A stretch of 64,000 nt of DNA from Octopus vulgaris (Eukaryota), in the NCBI GenBank assembly GCA_951406725.2, contig OX597815.1, positions 191,146,001-191,210,000 of the forward strand. The letters run 5' to 3'. This document shows positions 25,668 through 38,088 of this stretch, piece by piece. The notes beneath the pieces were generated by a model. The model was not told the origin of the DNA and ran no database searches. It worked only from the letters and a program-made list of their open reading frames with translations. A program made the position numbers and the translations under genes. Numbering within the stretch: position 1 is the stretch's first letter; each line of letters opens with the position of its first letter.

Positions 25668-26680
25668 TGGCCATGTGGTTAAGCATCTCACTTTGTAACC
25701 ATGTAGTTTGGGGTTCAGTCCCACATCTTTTGCAAGTGTCTTCTACTATAGCCCCTAGCCAACCAATGCCTTGTGAGTGAATCCAGTAAGCAGAAATTGT
25801 GTGGAATCCCATCATATCTGTGTGTATGTACATGTGCATGTGTGTGTGTTTGTGCCTGAGTTTGTCTCAATCCCCACTGCTTGGCAACTGGTGTTGGTTT
25901 GTTTATATTCCTGTACTTAGCAGTTCAGCAAATTAGACCAACAGAATAAGTACTAGACTTAAAAAGAAGTATTGGGGATTATCTGTTTTACTAAAATCTT
26001 TTAAGATGGTAACCTCGGCATGGCTGCAATCCAATGATTGGAACAAGTGAAAGATATACAACTATATATACACAATTGAAGGCATGTGTTTCGGTGGTTA
26101 GTTTATTAAGCTAACAATCTTATGGTCATGTGTTCACTTCCTAGCATTACATTGTGTTGTGGTGGACACCCCCAGGTGAGAAGTAGGCTGGTCCACTTCT
26201 AATAAACAGTGGACTGACACAGTCAGTAGTATCAGTCAGCGAGGTATACTGTTCAGGCCAGTCCCGAAGATGACAAAATACATTGTCATAATGCGAGACA
26301 TATCACATTGTATCCTTGAGCAAGACTCTCTATTTCATGTTGCTCCAATCCACTGAGCTGGCAAAATGAGTTGCACATGTAGTTCAATGGACCAGCCTTG
26401 TCACATTTGGTGGGGGGGGTATCCTCCTCCTCCTCCTCCTTATTATTATTATTATTATTATTGAAAGGTGGTGAGCTGGCAGAATCATTAACATGCTGGG
26501 CAAAATGCTTAGTGGCATTTCATCCCTCTTTACATTTTTGGTTCAAGTTCTGCTGAGGTCAACTTTCCTTTAAAATCCTTTCGGGCTCAATAAAATAAGT
26601 AGCCATTGAGCACTGGGTCAATCTAGTCAACTTACCTCCTTTTTCTGAAATTGCTGGCCTTGTGGCAAAATTTGAAACCT
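25668..26680 (+). mobile_element. Stack of SINE A (25668-26056), SINE C with insert (26078-26405) and SINE B (26466-26680)
   Basis: Family motifs, moderately degraded. Confidence 0.7.
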
Positions 26681-26706
26681 TTTGTATTAATGGAATGGCA
26701 TTTACC

Positions 26707-26872
26707 TAAGTTAAGTTAAGTTAAGTTAAATTAAGTTAAGTTAATTTTTTGGCTCAAAAAGCAAAAAGCAAGGCCATGTAGGGGGACATGGAATTATATA
26801 CAGGGAGGGTGTTCATGCAAAGAGTTCAGGCCATTTCTGGTCAAGAGAGACTTTGAACCGAGCGGTCGTCGG
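26707..26872 (-). mobile_element. 5'-truncated CR1/L2-group LINE 3' end with (TTAAC)n tail
   Basis: Minus strand encodes PTTARFKVSLDQKWPELFA* (FKxxLD C-terminal motif), then a short UTR and a pentanucleotide tail. Confidence 0.65.
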
Positions 26873-27261
26873 TTCAGTCTGCATTTTGTTGTCTCAACTT
26901 ATGTAAGAACACTACAATGTAGAAAGAAGCAAGCAAATAGAATTTCAGTAAGAATTTCTTTCTTAATATGTAACTAAATATTACAGTGGTTTGTTATTTT
27001 AAAAAATGGTATTCAAAATATAGTTAGTTCTCTAACATCCGTTTTACTTACTTTTTTTTTGTTTGTTTGTTTTCCTATTTTAGTTTGGACAAGTAGTTTC
27101 TTTGTATTTATTCTTGTGATTGTGGATATTTGCCCATTCATATCTATAATTGTTGGAGGGGGCAAGTGTTGTTACGTTCAAATGTTAAATAGTAATAGCC
27201 TCTATTTTTTTTTTTTTTTCTTTTTTCAACAAAGCATCATGGGGTAAACAGAGTTATGTAC

Positions 27262-27330
27262 CTTAGTAAGGAAGGTACAGCACTGCTCATGACTCGGTTT
27301 TGCCTCATTCTACCTTGCTTAGAAAGCTAG
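27262..27330 (-). CDS. Candidate short exon; ATG at 27308, MRQNRVMSSAVPSLL, phase-2 end
   Basis: Minus strand ctgacctgtttctcttatcag| ... AAG|gtacat in non-repetitive DNA. No homology recognised. Confidence 0.25.
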
Positions 27331-28035
27331 CTGATAAGAGAAACAGGTCAGAATCGTGGGATGGTGAAGGGAAAGAGAGAGGTTACTGCATTAAAGGGGA
27401 ATAAAACAAACGGAGTGCCAGAAACACTTACATTAAATAAAAGCTGATTTTAATATTCTCTTTTCAAATATACATTGATTATCACAATGGATGGTGCTGT
27501 AGGAAGTCTTAAAAATGAAAAATGATAATTGTATTATGACAAAGCCTAAATTAGTTAATGGAAGGTAAAAGGAAAATTTTTGAAATAGTCACACCTAATT
27601 CAAGAATTTAACCTATTATTGTCAACAATGCTTTTATAGAATAAAGTCATTTCAAGAGTTTTATCTTTTGCATTGTATTGAATAAAGTGATATGAGTTGG
27701 AGCTTTACATTATCTAACAAAATTTTATTATATATTTCATGTTAAGGATATCAGGAATTGATACTATCGTTCCCAAGACAGTAACTGCGAAGAATTACAT
27801 TGCGTCAGTAATTCAATTGAACTGAATTCAGTTTAGTTTATTGTTAATGGAAACTATTATAGGCATTTATATAAAAAGATATATTTCAAGTTGAAAGAAG
27901 AAAGCCAGCAACAGAATTAACAATGTTTAATATATGCCAATTAAATAAATTTAATTATGATAACATAATTACTCTCAAGTATATAAACATATGTTCACAG
28001 ATAATACACATGGCTGCTAGCTATAAGAAACTTAC

Positions 28036-28079
28036 TGTTCCTTGCAGACCTGAGTGTCACTGTTATCTTTCACAGATGG
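28036..28079 (-). CDS. Candidate 44-nt exon (PSVKDNSDTQVCKE, phase 0 to 2)
   Basis: Minus strand ttactttacag| ... ACA|gtaagt; open in frame 0. No homology recognised. Confidence 0.3.
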
Positions 28080-28127
28080 CTGTAAAGTAACTGCCTATTT
28101 CAGATGATGTTGTCAATATATATTGGA

Positions 28128-28160
<33 letters not shown>

Positions 28161-28162
<2 letters not shown>

Positions 28163-28860
28163 GTGGAGGCACATGGCCTAGTGGTTAGAGCAGTGGATTC
28201 GCGGTCGAGGGATCGCGGGTTCAAATCTCACACTGGGTGATGTATGTGTTTATGAGCAAAACACCTAAGCTTCATGCGGCTCCGGCAGAAGGTAATGGCG
28301 AACTTCTGCTGACTCTTTTGCTACAATTTTCTTTCACTCTTTCCTCCTGCATCTTGCAGCTCACCTGCGACACACTGGCGTCCCATCCAGGTGGGGAACC
28401 TGTATGCCAAGGAAACCAGGAAATTGGCTCTACGCTCTACAAGGGGCAAAAAGGATTAATAACAACAAGAAGATATATATATATTGAGCTTGCAGAACTG
28501 TTAGCACACCAGGCAAAATGCTTAGTGGCATTTCATCTGTCTTTACATTTTGAGTTCAAATTCCGCCAAGTTCACCTTTGCTTTTCATCCTTTCAGGGTT
28601 GATAAAACGAATACCAATTGGCTATTGGGCTTGATATAATCAACTTAACCCCTTCCTCAAAATTGCTAGCTTTGTGCCATTGTGCCAAAATTTAAAATCA
28701 ATATATATTGAACTTAAGGTGGTGAGCTGACAGAATCATTTGCACACCAGACAAAATGCTTAGCAGCATTTCGTCCATCTTTACACTCTGAGTTCAAATT
28801 CTGCTGAGGTCGACTTTGCCATTCATCCTTCTGGGGATGAAAGGATGAAGGGCAAAGTTG
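28161..28860 (+). mobile_element. SINE family D (28161-28430) followed by two SINE B copies
   Basis: tRNA head ggtggaggcacatggcctagtggttagagc...gggttcaaatctc; then family B motifs. Confidence 0.8.
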
Positions 28861-29299
28861 CCTTCAGTGGGGTTTGAAATTAGTGTCCAGAGACCACTAG
28901 ACTGTACAGTTTTGACTTCTTTGTGGTCATCCTCAGTGGTGGATACCTGTCCACTAGAGATAGCAGTAGTTTACTCCAGCTTGCAATATATAAAAAAACA
29001 AGTAACACAGTCTGTTGCAATGAGGTTGAAGCCATACAGTCTGGTTGTCTCGTGGCTGGAAGTATGTAGGGGTTCACTCCCCTGATTGCAATATATGTCA
29101 GGCCCAGGTTGCATCAAATAACCAGCTGAAGGAGACATCCTCCTGAGGTTAAAAACAGCAGTAACGTTGGTTCCTAAGGAACAGCCATGTTCGATTGGTG
29201 ATAAACATTACTTCTCAGTATAATTACTGACTTCATCTCTTATACAGATTTTCTTAACTACCTAATTTGCTTGTTTTTAAATATAAATAAAGGTGGCAT

Positions 29300-29546
29300 G
29301 CATAAAAAGATTCGAGCGAGGTCATTGCCAGTACCACCTGACTGGTCCCCATGCCGGTGGCACGTAAAAAGCACCCACTACACTCTCAAAGTGGTTGGCG
29401 TTAGGAAGGGCATCCAGCTGTAGAAACTCTGCCAGATCAAGATTAGAGCCTGGTGCAGCCATCTGGTTTGCCAGACCTCAGTCAAAATCATCCAACCCAT
29501 GCTAGCATGGAAAGCAGACGTTAAACGATGATGATAATGATGATGA
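29300..29546 (+). mobile_element. RTE-clade LINE 3' end
   Basis: gccggtggcacgtaaaaagcacccactacactc...gacgttaaacgatgatga. Confidence 0.75.
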
Positions 29547-29885
29547 AGTATACAAAAATAAAGATTATTTTCCATCTTACTCTTAATTTTGTTTCATTTT
29601 GTATTGTTTATTCCTTGAATTACATATATATGGTTGGTGGTGGGGGACACCAAAATCTTTTAAGTGCTTAGGGCCTCCATGGGTCTTAATCCAGTGCTGA
29701 ACCGATGTAGAGGTAATCAATAGCAACAACAACTGTGCCACATAGATATGAATTATACATGCTATTAGGCATCATGTGTAGAGCACCAACTCACTACGAA
29801 GAAATAAAAACAAAACCATCTCAACTCATAAAAATGATAATTGATAAGTTCTTTGCAAAGTGAAAACAAAATTCTTTAAGTGATG

Positions 29886-29919
29886 TTTCATTTTTATTTT
29901 GTTTTTTTATCAGGTAAGT
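29886..29919 (+). promoter_or_regulatory. Candidate recursive splice site (polypyrimidine-CAG|GTAAGT)
   Basis: tttcatttttattttgtttttttatCAG immediately followed by GTAAGT. Confidence 0.4.
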
Positions 29920-30777
29920 TTCAAAATAAAACAGTTTCCTTTACAAATTGATATTTAACAATAAATTATAATGGAGTGTGTATGCAGGTGTTCAGGTACA
30001 TGTACGTGTATATGTGTACATATGTATGTATACATACACATGCACACACACACTCATGTGTAAGTGTATGTATGTGTCTGTGCTTGTGTGTGTGAGTGTA
30101 TGGTTCTATTTATGTATGCACCCATGTATATCATGTCTCACACACTGTTCACATTCCTGACATTTGTACGTAATTCTATGTACCATACATGCACCTTTGA
30201 TAAGTTATAGTACACCTGTGCACTGCACACAATAATTTTGTTATTATTATTATTATTATTTATTATGTATGTGTGTGTGTGTTTTTATGCAGAGTTATAA
30301 TAAAAACAATTTAACATTAAACTGAAAAATTACTCATTACATTTTTTGTAGAGTGCACACACACGCACACACACAAACATTAAATTTTTGATCATAACCA
30401 TATGAATTATTGAAAAAAAAAAAAAAGATATTTATATATTTTCTGAAACAACATTTTTGAGCCTATTTTTTAATTATTTTGGCATGGTTAATGGAATTTC
30501 ATTTATTGACTGAGTTTAGTGGTGTAGAATATAATCAGGAAATTTAAAACACGAATTCTTTCGGAACACTTGTAATTTCTGTTGACAGTATCCTGAATCA
30601 GTCAATTTATTAAACAAAACTAAATGACCGTATTCATTGAGCTGGGCTCTATTTCTGAAAACATAAGTTTCTGATGTACATTTTTGAAACTAATTTTACG
30701 ATTTACAATGATAGGGCAGTTGTAAAACATGCATTTATTTATTGATTAGTAATTTTATGTGTAAACCTTCCCAGTGT

Positions 30778-31098
30778 AAAGGCACGTGGCTTAGTGGTTA
30801 AGGTGTTTGCCTCATGATTGTAAAGTCATAAGTTCAATATCCAGCAGTGCATTGTGTTCTTGAGCATGACACTTTATTTCTCATTACTCCGGTTTGCTCT
30901 GCTGGCAAAATTGAGTTGTACCTGTAATTCAAAGGGCCCGACTTGTCATGTTTTGTGTCATGTTGAATCTTCCTGAGAACTACATTTAGGGTACATGTGT
31001 CTGTGGAGCGCACAGCCATTTGCATATCAATTTCACAAGCAGGCTGTTCCATTGACTGAATACATTGGAACGCTCGTCATTGTAACTGATGATACAGC
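30778..31098 (+). mobile_element. SINE family C
   Basis: aaggcacgtggcttagtggttaagg head, Meta-like body, ggaac tail. Confidence 0.75.
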
Positions 31099-31789
31099 CA
31101 TCCATCCATCCATTCATTCATTCATTCATTCAGTCAGTCAGTCATTCAGATGTACGAGTCTGTAGGAGAAGACACTTGTCTGGGCTACCATACTGTGGAA
31201 CTGAACCCAAAACCACACAGTTGCAAAGTAAACTTCTTAACCACACAACCATGTAAAGTAAAAAAATTTGATGGTGACTCATATTGGTAGGATGACGGAC
31301 AAAATATCTTGTTTTTAGCTGCATACTTATACATCTGTATTCAGATCCTATCAAGGTGACTTCAGCATTCATTCTTCCAACAAATTGTTCAGTACTGAAG
31401 TAAATTCTATCAGCTGTACACTTCCCATCAATTTGAGGTTTCATAGATGTTAGAAATCAATATTCTCATTTATTAACACCTAAAGTGTGACGAGCCATGA
31501 TCATAGCCATCAGGCACAGGTCAATAGGCCAAGACCGTGGCTCAGATACAAACATTTAACTTATGGGCGTTAATTGGGGTCTAATGTCACTCAAATGCTC
31601 CAATACCCACCAGAATGCAACAGGACTAATAGTTCAACTAATGACTTTTCAGATGATGTAAAGCCATTATATACTAAGAAAATATTTTAACTATTTTGTT
31701 TTTTATGTATGCATAGTATTCTCATTTTCATAAAATGTGCTCAGCAGTCCATGTTATGTAAGTGCAAATCCCAGCACTTTATGGGTTAA

Positions 31790-32727
31790 GGCAACAGGCT
31801 GGCAGAATCGTTAGCATGCCAAACAAAATACCTAGTTGCATTTTGTCCATCTGTACATCCCTGGGTTCAAATAAAACTGGGATTGACTTTGCCTTTCATC
31901 CTTTCAGGATTGATAAAATAGGTACCAGATGAGCATGGGAGTCAATTTAATTGATTTAGCTCCCCACTTCCTTCAGAATTGCTGGCCTTGTGCTAAAATT
32001 TGAAACCAATATTTTTCTTTATTTAAAAAAAATTTTCTCAGGCAAAAGCATGGCTGTGTGGTTAGCACACCATGCAAAATGCTTAGCAGTATTTCGTCTG
32101 CCACTATGTTCTAAGTTCAAATTCCACCGAGGTCAACTTTGCCTTTCATCCTTTCGGGGTCAAAAAATTATGTACCACTTATGCACTGGGGTCGATGTAA
32201 TCGACTTAATCTCTTTGTCTGTCCTTGTTTGTCCCCTCTGTGTTTAGTCCCTTGTGGGCAATAAAGAAATAAGAAGCTTGCTTTCCATCCACATGGTTCT
32301 GGGTTCAGTCTCACTGTGTAGCACCTTTGGCAAGTGTATTCTACTATAACCTCATCAGGCCAACCAAAGCCTTGTGAGTTGATTTGGTTGATGGAAACTG
32401 AAAGAAACCCATCGTATATATATATATATGTGTGTGTGTGTGTATGTATGTATATGTGTGTGTGTGTGTATGTATATATGTGTGTGTGTGTGTGTGTGTA
32501 TGTGCATGTATGTATTTATGTGTGTGCATCTATGTGTTTGTCCCCCTACCATCACTTGACAACCGATGTTGGTATGACTGTGTCACCCATAACTTAGCAA
32601 CTCAGCAAAGGAGCCCGATAGGCTTACAAAGAGTAAGTCCTGAGGTTGATTTCTAAAAAACCATTTATGGCTGCACTCCAGCATGGCCACAGTCAAATGA
32701 CTGAAGCAAATGCAAGAATAAAAGAAT
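31790..32727 (+). mobile_element. SINE B (old), then SINE A interrupted by SINE B (~32061-32272)
   Basis: The family A head gcatggctgtgtggtt is split by a family B body and resumes at aagaagcttgctttcc. Confidence 0.75.
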
Positions 32728-33569
32728 AATCATAACAACCAGGTTTGTTAAGTTATCAAAGAGTTCTGTGGAGTAGGTAATAAGACTTTCACAAATCTAG
32801 TCTGTGGTCCATGTTCAATTCCCAGTTGTAGTTGCCTTGTTTTGTGAATGCCTTTGAGAGAAGCATGTATGTAACAACTTGTATTCACATCCTCCCATTT
32901 TCTGAAGTCTAAATTAAAGAGTGTTAATCACTTGCTAATGGAGATCTCTGATTAGCAAAAGCCAAGCAATTCATTTTCTTTATTGAACTACTGCAAGAAG
33001 ATAAACATTATCAGTAGATAATGTTCCATATTCAAATACAGATAATTGTACATTTCATGTAGCAAGATTATTTCAGAAGCGAAAACAAGTTATATCTTAA
33101 GTGAAATTCCAATTTAAGATCATATTATAACATATCACACCAACAGACTGCAACACACACACACGCATGCATGTGCACACATACACACACACACACACTT
33201 ATACATACAGAAACTCATTCTTAATCATACCTTGCTAGTTATTGCAACAATATTAGAAATCTCTTTAAAGACATTTTAAGAGTTCTTATAAATGTTATTA
33301 CTTTCTCAATCTTTTAAAATTTTTAAGTTCTTGTCAGGAAGTAATATTAAGATACTTAATTCAACGTCTGAAATGTGTTGTTGCTAATAAGATTATAATA
33401 TCTCAGATAATGACTTCAACATTTAGAAATACAAAATTGTTTTAATTTACATCTACACTACATTAGTTTGAGTCCTGATCATTATCAAATGTCTTATTTT
33501 CAGATGTTTACTCAGTTCAAGACTGAATTTAAACTTGGAACTTTTCTAAAAAAAAACACTTGTACCCTA

Positions 33570-33786
33570 CGCTATGTAAAAAGCCCTGGTCATGGTGCCA
33601 TGTAAAAAGCATCTACTACACTCAGAGTGGTTGGCATTAGGAATGGCATCCAGCCATAGGAACCATGCCAAAACAAACTAAGGAACCTGATGCTGCTTCT
33701 GGCCTTGCCAGTTCCTGTCAAGCTGTCCAACCCATGCCAGCATTAGAAAAACAGACGTTTAATGTTGTTGATGATGACGGTGATGA
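33570..33786 (+). mobile_element. RTE-clade LINE 3' end, older
   Basis: aaaaagcatctactacactc..gagtggttggcattaggaa.ggcatccagc...gacgtttaatg. Confidence 0.65.
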
Positions 33787-34204
33787 GTTAAGACAACCTT
33801 ATCTGCTAGGCCATTAATGCATTTATAAATGCATGAATTCAGTCTGATACTATGTGAAAGTGCAAAGCCTAGTGATTGAGATGTCGCTAAGGCAGAGATA
33901 ATAATTTATCCTTTCTAATATAGGCACAAGGCCTGAAATTTTAGGAGAGGTAGCTAGTCAATGTTCAACTGATGTTCCCCAAAAGGATGAAATGCCAAGT
34001 CAGCCACAACAGAATTTGAACCCTGAAGAAATACCACTAAACATGCTGTTCAGTGTGCTAAAGATTCTGCCAGCTTGTTGACTTAACAACAACACCAATG
34101 ATAATGCTTTCTGATTTAGGCACAAGGCCAGCAATTGTAAGAGGAGGAAGTTAGTTGACACCACTGACCCCAATACTTGACTGGTGTTTTGTTTTATAGA
34201 CCAC

Positions 34205-35845
34205 TACATCTCAACTGTTTGTTTTCATTCTTCATATTCTAGTTGTCTATATTTCCAAATCTTTATATTTTTATATTTTCTTCAAACTTTGATTGGGAGG
34301 TACTCTCTACAATGACACCAATATCTAGCCAATTAGCCCTTATTCTCCTGTCTGTGTGGATTAACATATCCCAGAGTTTGATCACTTCGTCAGTCTTTCA
34401 GACCTTTCTTATGTATGTTTATGCTACCTCTTCACTGTTGTGGAGGCACATGGCCTAGTAGTTAGAGCAGCGGACCCGCGGTCGAGGGATCGCGGGTTCA
34501 AATCTCAGACTGGGCAATGTTTGTGTTTATGAGCGAAACACCTAAGCTCCATGCTACTCCGGCAGAAGGTAATGGCAAACTTCTGCTGACACTTTCACCA
34601 CAACTTTCTCTCACTCTTTCCTCCTGCATCTTGCAGCTCACCTGCAACTGGATGGTGTCCCATCCAGGTGGGGAACCTATACGCCAAGGAAACCGGGAAA
34701 CCGGCCCTTATGAGCCAGGTGTGGCTCGAGAAGGAACAAATAACCTCTTCGCTGTTAGTATTTCATAATGTTGCCATAACATTCAGTATACGAAAGTGCC
34801 AAAGCAGACAGAGACAATATGATTAATTGTTTCTTCTCCAGCTGCCACATATTCTGCAGTTACTTCATATTTTTTCTGTTTCCTTATGTGCCTTTGGTAG
34901 TTTCTCATTGCAGGGCGTTGATTCTGTATCACATTTCCAAATCCTTCAGTCTTATCTTTCATCAACGCTGCACTTTTTAGCAAATGCTGCAATTTTTTCC
35001 TGTGTATACGTCTACGTTCAGGTTCTTCGTATTGGCCATAAAGGGGTTATTTTTTTCATATGTAGCTCTATTTTTAGCTTATATTTTAGAGTGTTTTTTT
35101 TCATACTTTATTATTGTTTCTCCTTTCTCTTTCCCATTGTTATTTAAACTTCTGTTTTCTATTTGTTGGCTTCCTGCAACACTGTAAAAAACACTTTCTT
35201 TTGCAATCCATGTCTTGTAGCTCTTCCTATTAGTTTTCCATTGTACATTATTGAATATATTTATAGTCCTGTATGAATAACTTATAATAGTTTCTCGTTG
35301 CTTAAGGCCTATGTCTCCCTGTTTTTGTAGTAAATATAACATTTCTGAATCAAATTTGGAGCAACAAATTCTACATCTGGTCATTATATTTTTCTTGTCT
35401 TGCTAATTTATTTAGCATCCAGTTGAGATTATTGTAACTCTGACTTATTCCTTGAATAGCAAAAGTACTGATATATGTTACCCTATTTTTTTTGTATTTA
35501 GCTCTGTTTTAAGTATTAATCTAATGCAGCTGTAATATTCCTTCTTTGCCTTTTCTTTCATTTGCATATGTTATGCATTATGTAGTTCATTAATTCCTAA
35601 ATATTTATATGTCCATGTCTGGTTGAGTTCTTTAATCTTTGTTAGTTTTTGTAGCATGATATAATTATCATTCTTAATTAATTTTCCTCTTTTCAAGATT
35701 GCTTTGGAGCATTTTTCAAATCCAAGTCCCTTACAAATATTTTCATTAAATCTATGTACTATTTGCAGCAGTGTTTCTAGTTACTTATCTGCAGCATACA
35801 ATTTAAGGGTTTTCATGCACACACAAGATTAGTGATTGTCCTCTC
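34205..35845 (-). pseudogene. Decayed R4/Dong-like non-LTR retrotransposon fragment (RT C-half, CCHC knuckle, restriction-like endonuclease)
   Basis: Minus-strand remnants with stops and frameshifts: MKTLKLYAA..LQIVHRFNENICKGLGFEKCSK, YKYLG, RNYQRHI, CRICG..EETINHIVSVC, KLWDMLIHTDRRIRANWLDI. Confidence 0.75.
34440..34742 (+). mobile_element. Full-length SINE family D inserted in the R4-like LINE, 14-bp TSD
   Basis: TSD acctcttcactgtt 34426-34439 / acctcttcgctgtt 34743-34756; A and B boxes present. Confidence 0.9.
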
Positions 35846-36933
35846 ATAATGTTTGTTCAAAGGTGCTCCAACCATGACCATCCATCTCAAGAAACTAAAA
35901 CAAAAAAAATAGGAATATGGTAGTGCCAAAGTTTTGGCTGATGGTTGCTGTTTAACCTCAACAACTGCCAACCAAAATCAGCCCTGATTAAGCAAAGGCA
36001 TTCAAGCCATGATCATCCTGTCTTTTTTTTTTTCCTGGAGTCTTTTTAGGAATGACCCTATTATACTATATGTTGACTTTTTAAGACAATAGGATGTAAT
36101 TCAAGGGAAATTTTGGTTGCTATTTCTAGCTGGACGTTGAACCACTTAGATGGTCTCCCATTGGCTTGAAGGTTTTGATGATTGAATATAATGTTAGAGG
36201 AGCACAAAAGTCCTTTATTTTGATAATCATAAGGGACTGGGTGTCACTTATGATTATCTTTCTGTGTTCTTAGTGTTTGGTTACTTTCATGGGGAGGGGG
36301 AGGAGGGGGAGCAGCAGTGGTGATGATGATGATGCAAGAAAAATGATTTACATATTTTTCCTTTTCATTCCGATTTAATTAAGTCTAAGTATTCATAAAA
36401 TTGTTAATGTATTTGCTGTTGGTGTTGTGTAACCCTTGGTCGTCCTTTATCAAGCAATCTGTGATCAAAAGCAAAACGATCCCATTATTTTCTTTTGCTT
36501 CTTTTTTTTTTTCTTTTGGTAAATATAGCACTCAATGTGTCCTTCTTTTTTTTAAGATAGTAAACTGGGATTTATTAGAAATTGGCTGCTACTTCTAGCT
36601 GTAGACTGAATTCATTGCCAGGTTTAACACCACAACTTGGCCCTTTACCTTAAGCAGGGTCCTCCCTACTGCAACCACTTGGATCAGGTCTTTAGTCTGA
36701 AGATAAGCTGCTTTCTAATAAAGCAACCCATGAGCCAGGGGCAGGGGTGGTGGATGGAGGTATGGGAGTGGGGGGGGATGGGGGTTGGAGTGAGATTGAA
36801 AGTGGCGGTAGGATATATTCTTCACATTTGCTTCCAAGTCTCAAGAGGTTCTCAGAAAAGATCAGGCTTGCTACCTTTCCACTTCAAACTAAGAAAATTA
36901 AATTTAAGAAAAAGAAAAAAGAAGCAAAACCAA

Positions 36934-37159
36934 ATATTTATTTCTTTATTGCCCACAAGGGGCTAAACATAGAGGGGACAAACAAGGGATTAAGTCGATT
37001 ATATCGACCCAGTGCGTAATTGGTACTTATTTAATCGACCCCGAAAGGATGAAAGACAAAGTCGACCTCGGCGGAATTTGAACTCAGAACGTAAGGGCAG
37101 ACGAAATACCGCTAAGCATTTCGCCCGGCATCCTAACGATTCTGCCAGCTTGCCGCCCT
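36934..37159 (-). mobile_element. Young SINE family B, 10-bp TSD
   Basis: TSD gcaaaaccaa 36924-36933 / 37160-37169. Confidence 0.9.
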
Positions 37160-37173
37160 GCAAAACCAATTAC

Positions 37174-37215
37174 TGCTGCTGGTAGTGAACCCCCTGCATG
37201 GCTACAGCTGACAGG
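37174..37215 (-). CDS. Candidate 42-nt exon (LSAVAMQGVHYQQ; gccATG; phase-2 end)
   Basis: Minus strand ctctaac (branch point)-ctgttttccag| ... GCA|gtaatt; length divisible by 3. Confidence 0.35.
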
Positions 37216-37633
37216 CTGGAAAACAGGTTAGAGAGTAAAATAGTAAGAGCATCCAACTGCTTAGAAGCACACTTGTTGGCTCGAAATCTCTTAATGTATT
37301 TACTTTTTGTGATTTCGCAACCAAAATAAAGATATCCTATTGTGTAAATAAATTTAGAGCTGGAAAAATAAACAAAAAACGCTACCACTCTCTCTCACAC
37401 ACACACACTAATATATAAATACATGTATGCACACACATACACACACAGTGTGTAGGAGAAGAAAGGAAGTATACTATTTTTTGTTCATTTCTTTAACGAG
37501 TTTCCAAAATTAGGCAAGTATCAAAATGTTTAAATTACATCGTTAAGTTTACATTATCTCATGTTTTGTTTCGTTAAAAAAAATATAAAACTGGGGCAAC
37601 TCAGAAAGGATCCATTGTAAGTTAATCTTTCAG

Positions 37634-37660
37634 GAATATATTTGGATTACAGACGTCTGG
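37634..37660 (+). CDS. Candidate 27-nt microexon
   Basis: taatctttcag|GAATATATTTGGATTACAGACGTCTGG|gtgagt; all three frames open. Confidence 0.25.
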
Positions 37661-38057
37661 GTGAGTCGGGGGAGGTGGCCATCTAAACACTAGCTGCCAA
37701 TTTTTCATCTCTTCCAGTTAAATAGATATCAAGTACTTCCGCTTTGGAGTACAAACCATCAGAATATTACCATTTAGTACTTATTATAGATATTCACTTC
37801 AGCATTTTTTTTAGTGGGTTTTTTTTTCTGCCAACCACCACTGGAATATATCTGTATGTAAATGTGCATGCATGTGTGTGTGTGTGCATATGTATGCGTG
37901 ACGTGTGGGTGGGATGGATGTGAAGAGATAGTCTTTGATGTTTATTTTTATTCGCCTCGGCATGGTAACAAATAGTCACTCAGTTATCCTGCGGGCCATT
38001 ACACTTCTGAATTAAACATAGCTTTCTCATATGTGTGTGTATGTGTGTGTGTGTGTG

Positions 38058-38088
<31 letters not shown>

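Noticed and set aside
34440-34515. tRNA-like sequences (also 4362-4436, 28161-28235, 10870-10942)
   Set aside because: A and B boxes are present, but acceptor stems are imperfect and each continues into a SINE body; not functional tRNA genes.
36737-36790. G-quadruplex-prone G runs (also 36290-36310, 49370-49680) and Z-DNA-prone (CG)n(TG)n at 59072-59095
   Set aside because: Common low-complexity features in this genome, with no evidence of function.
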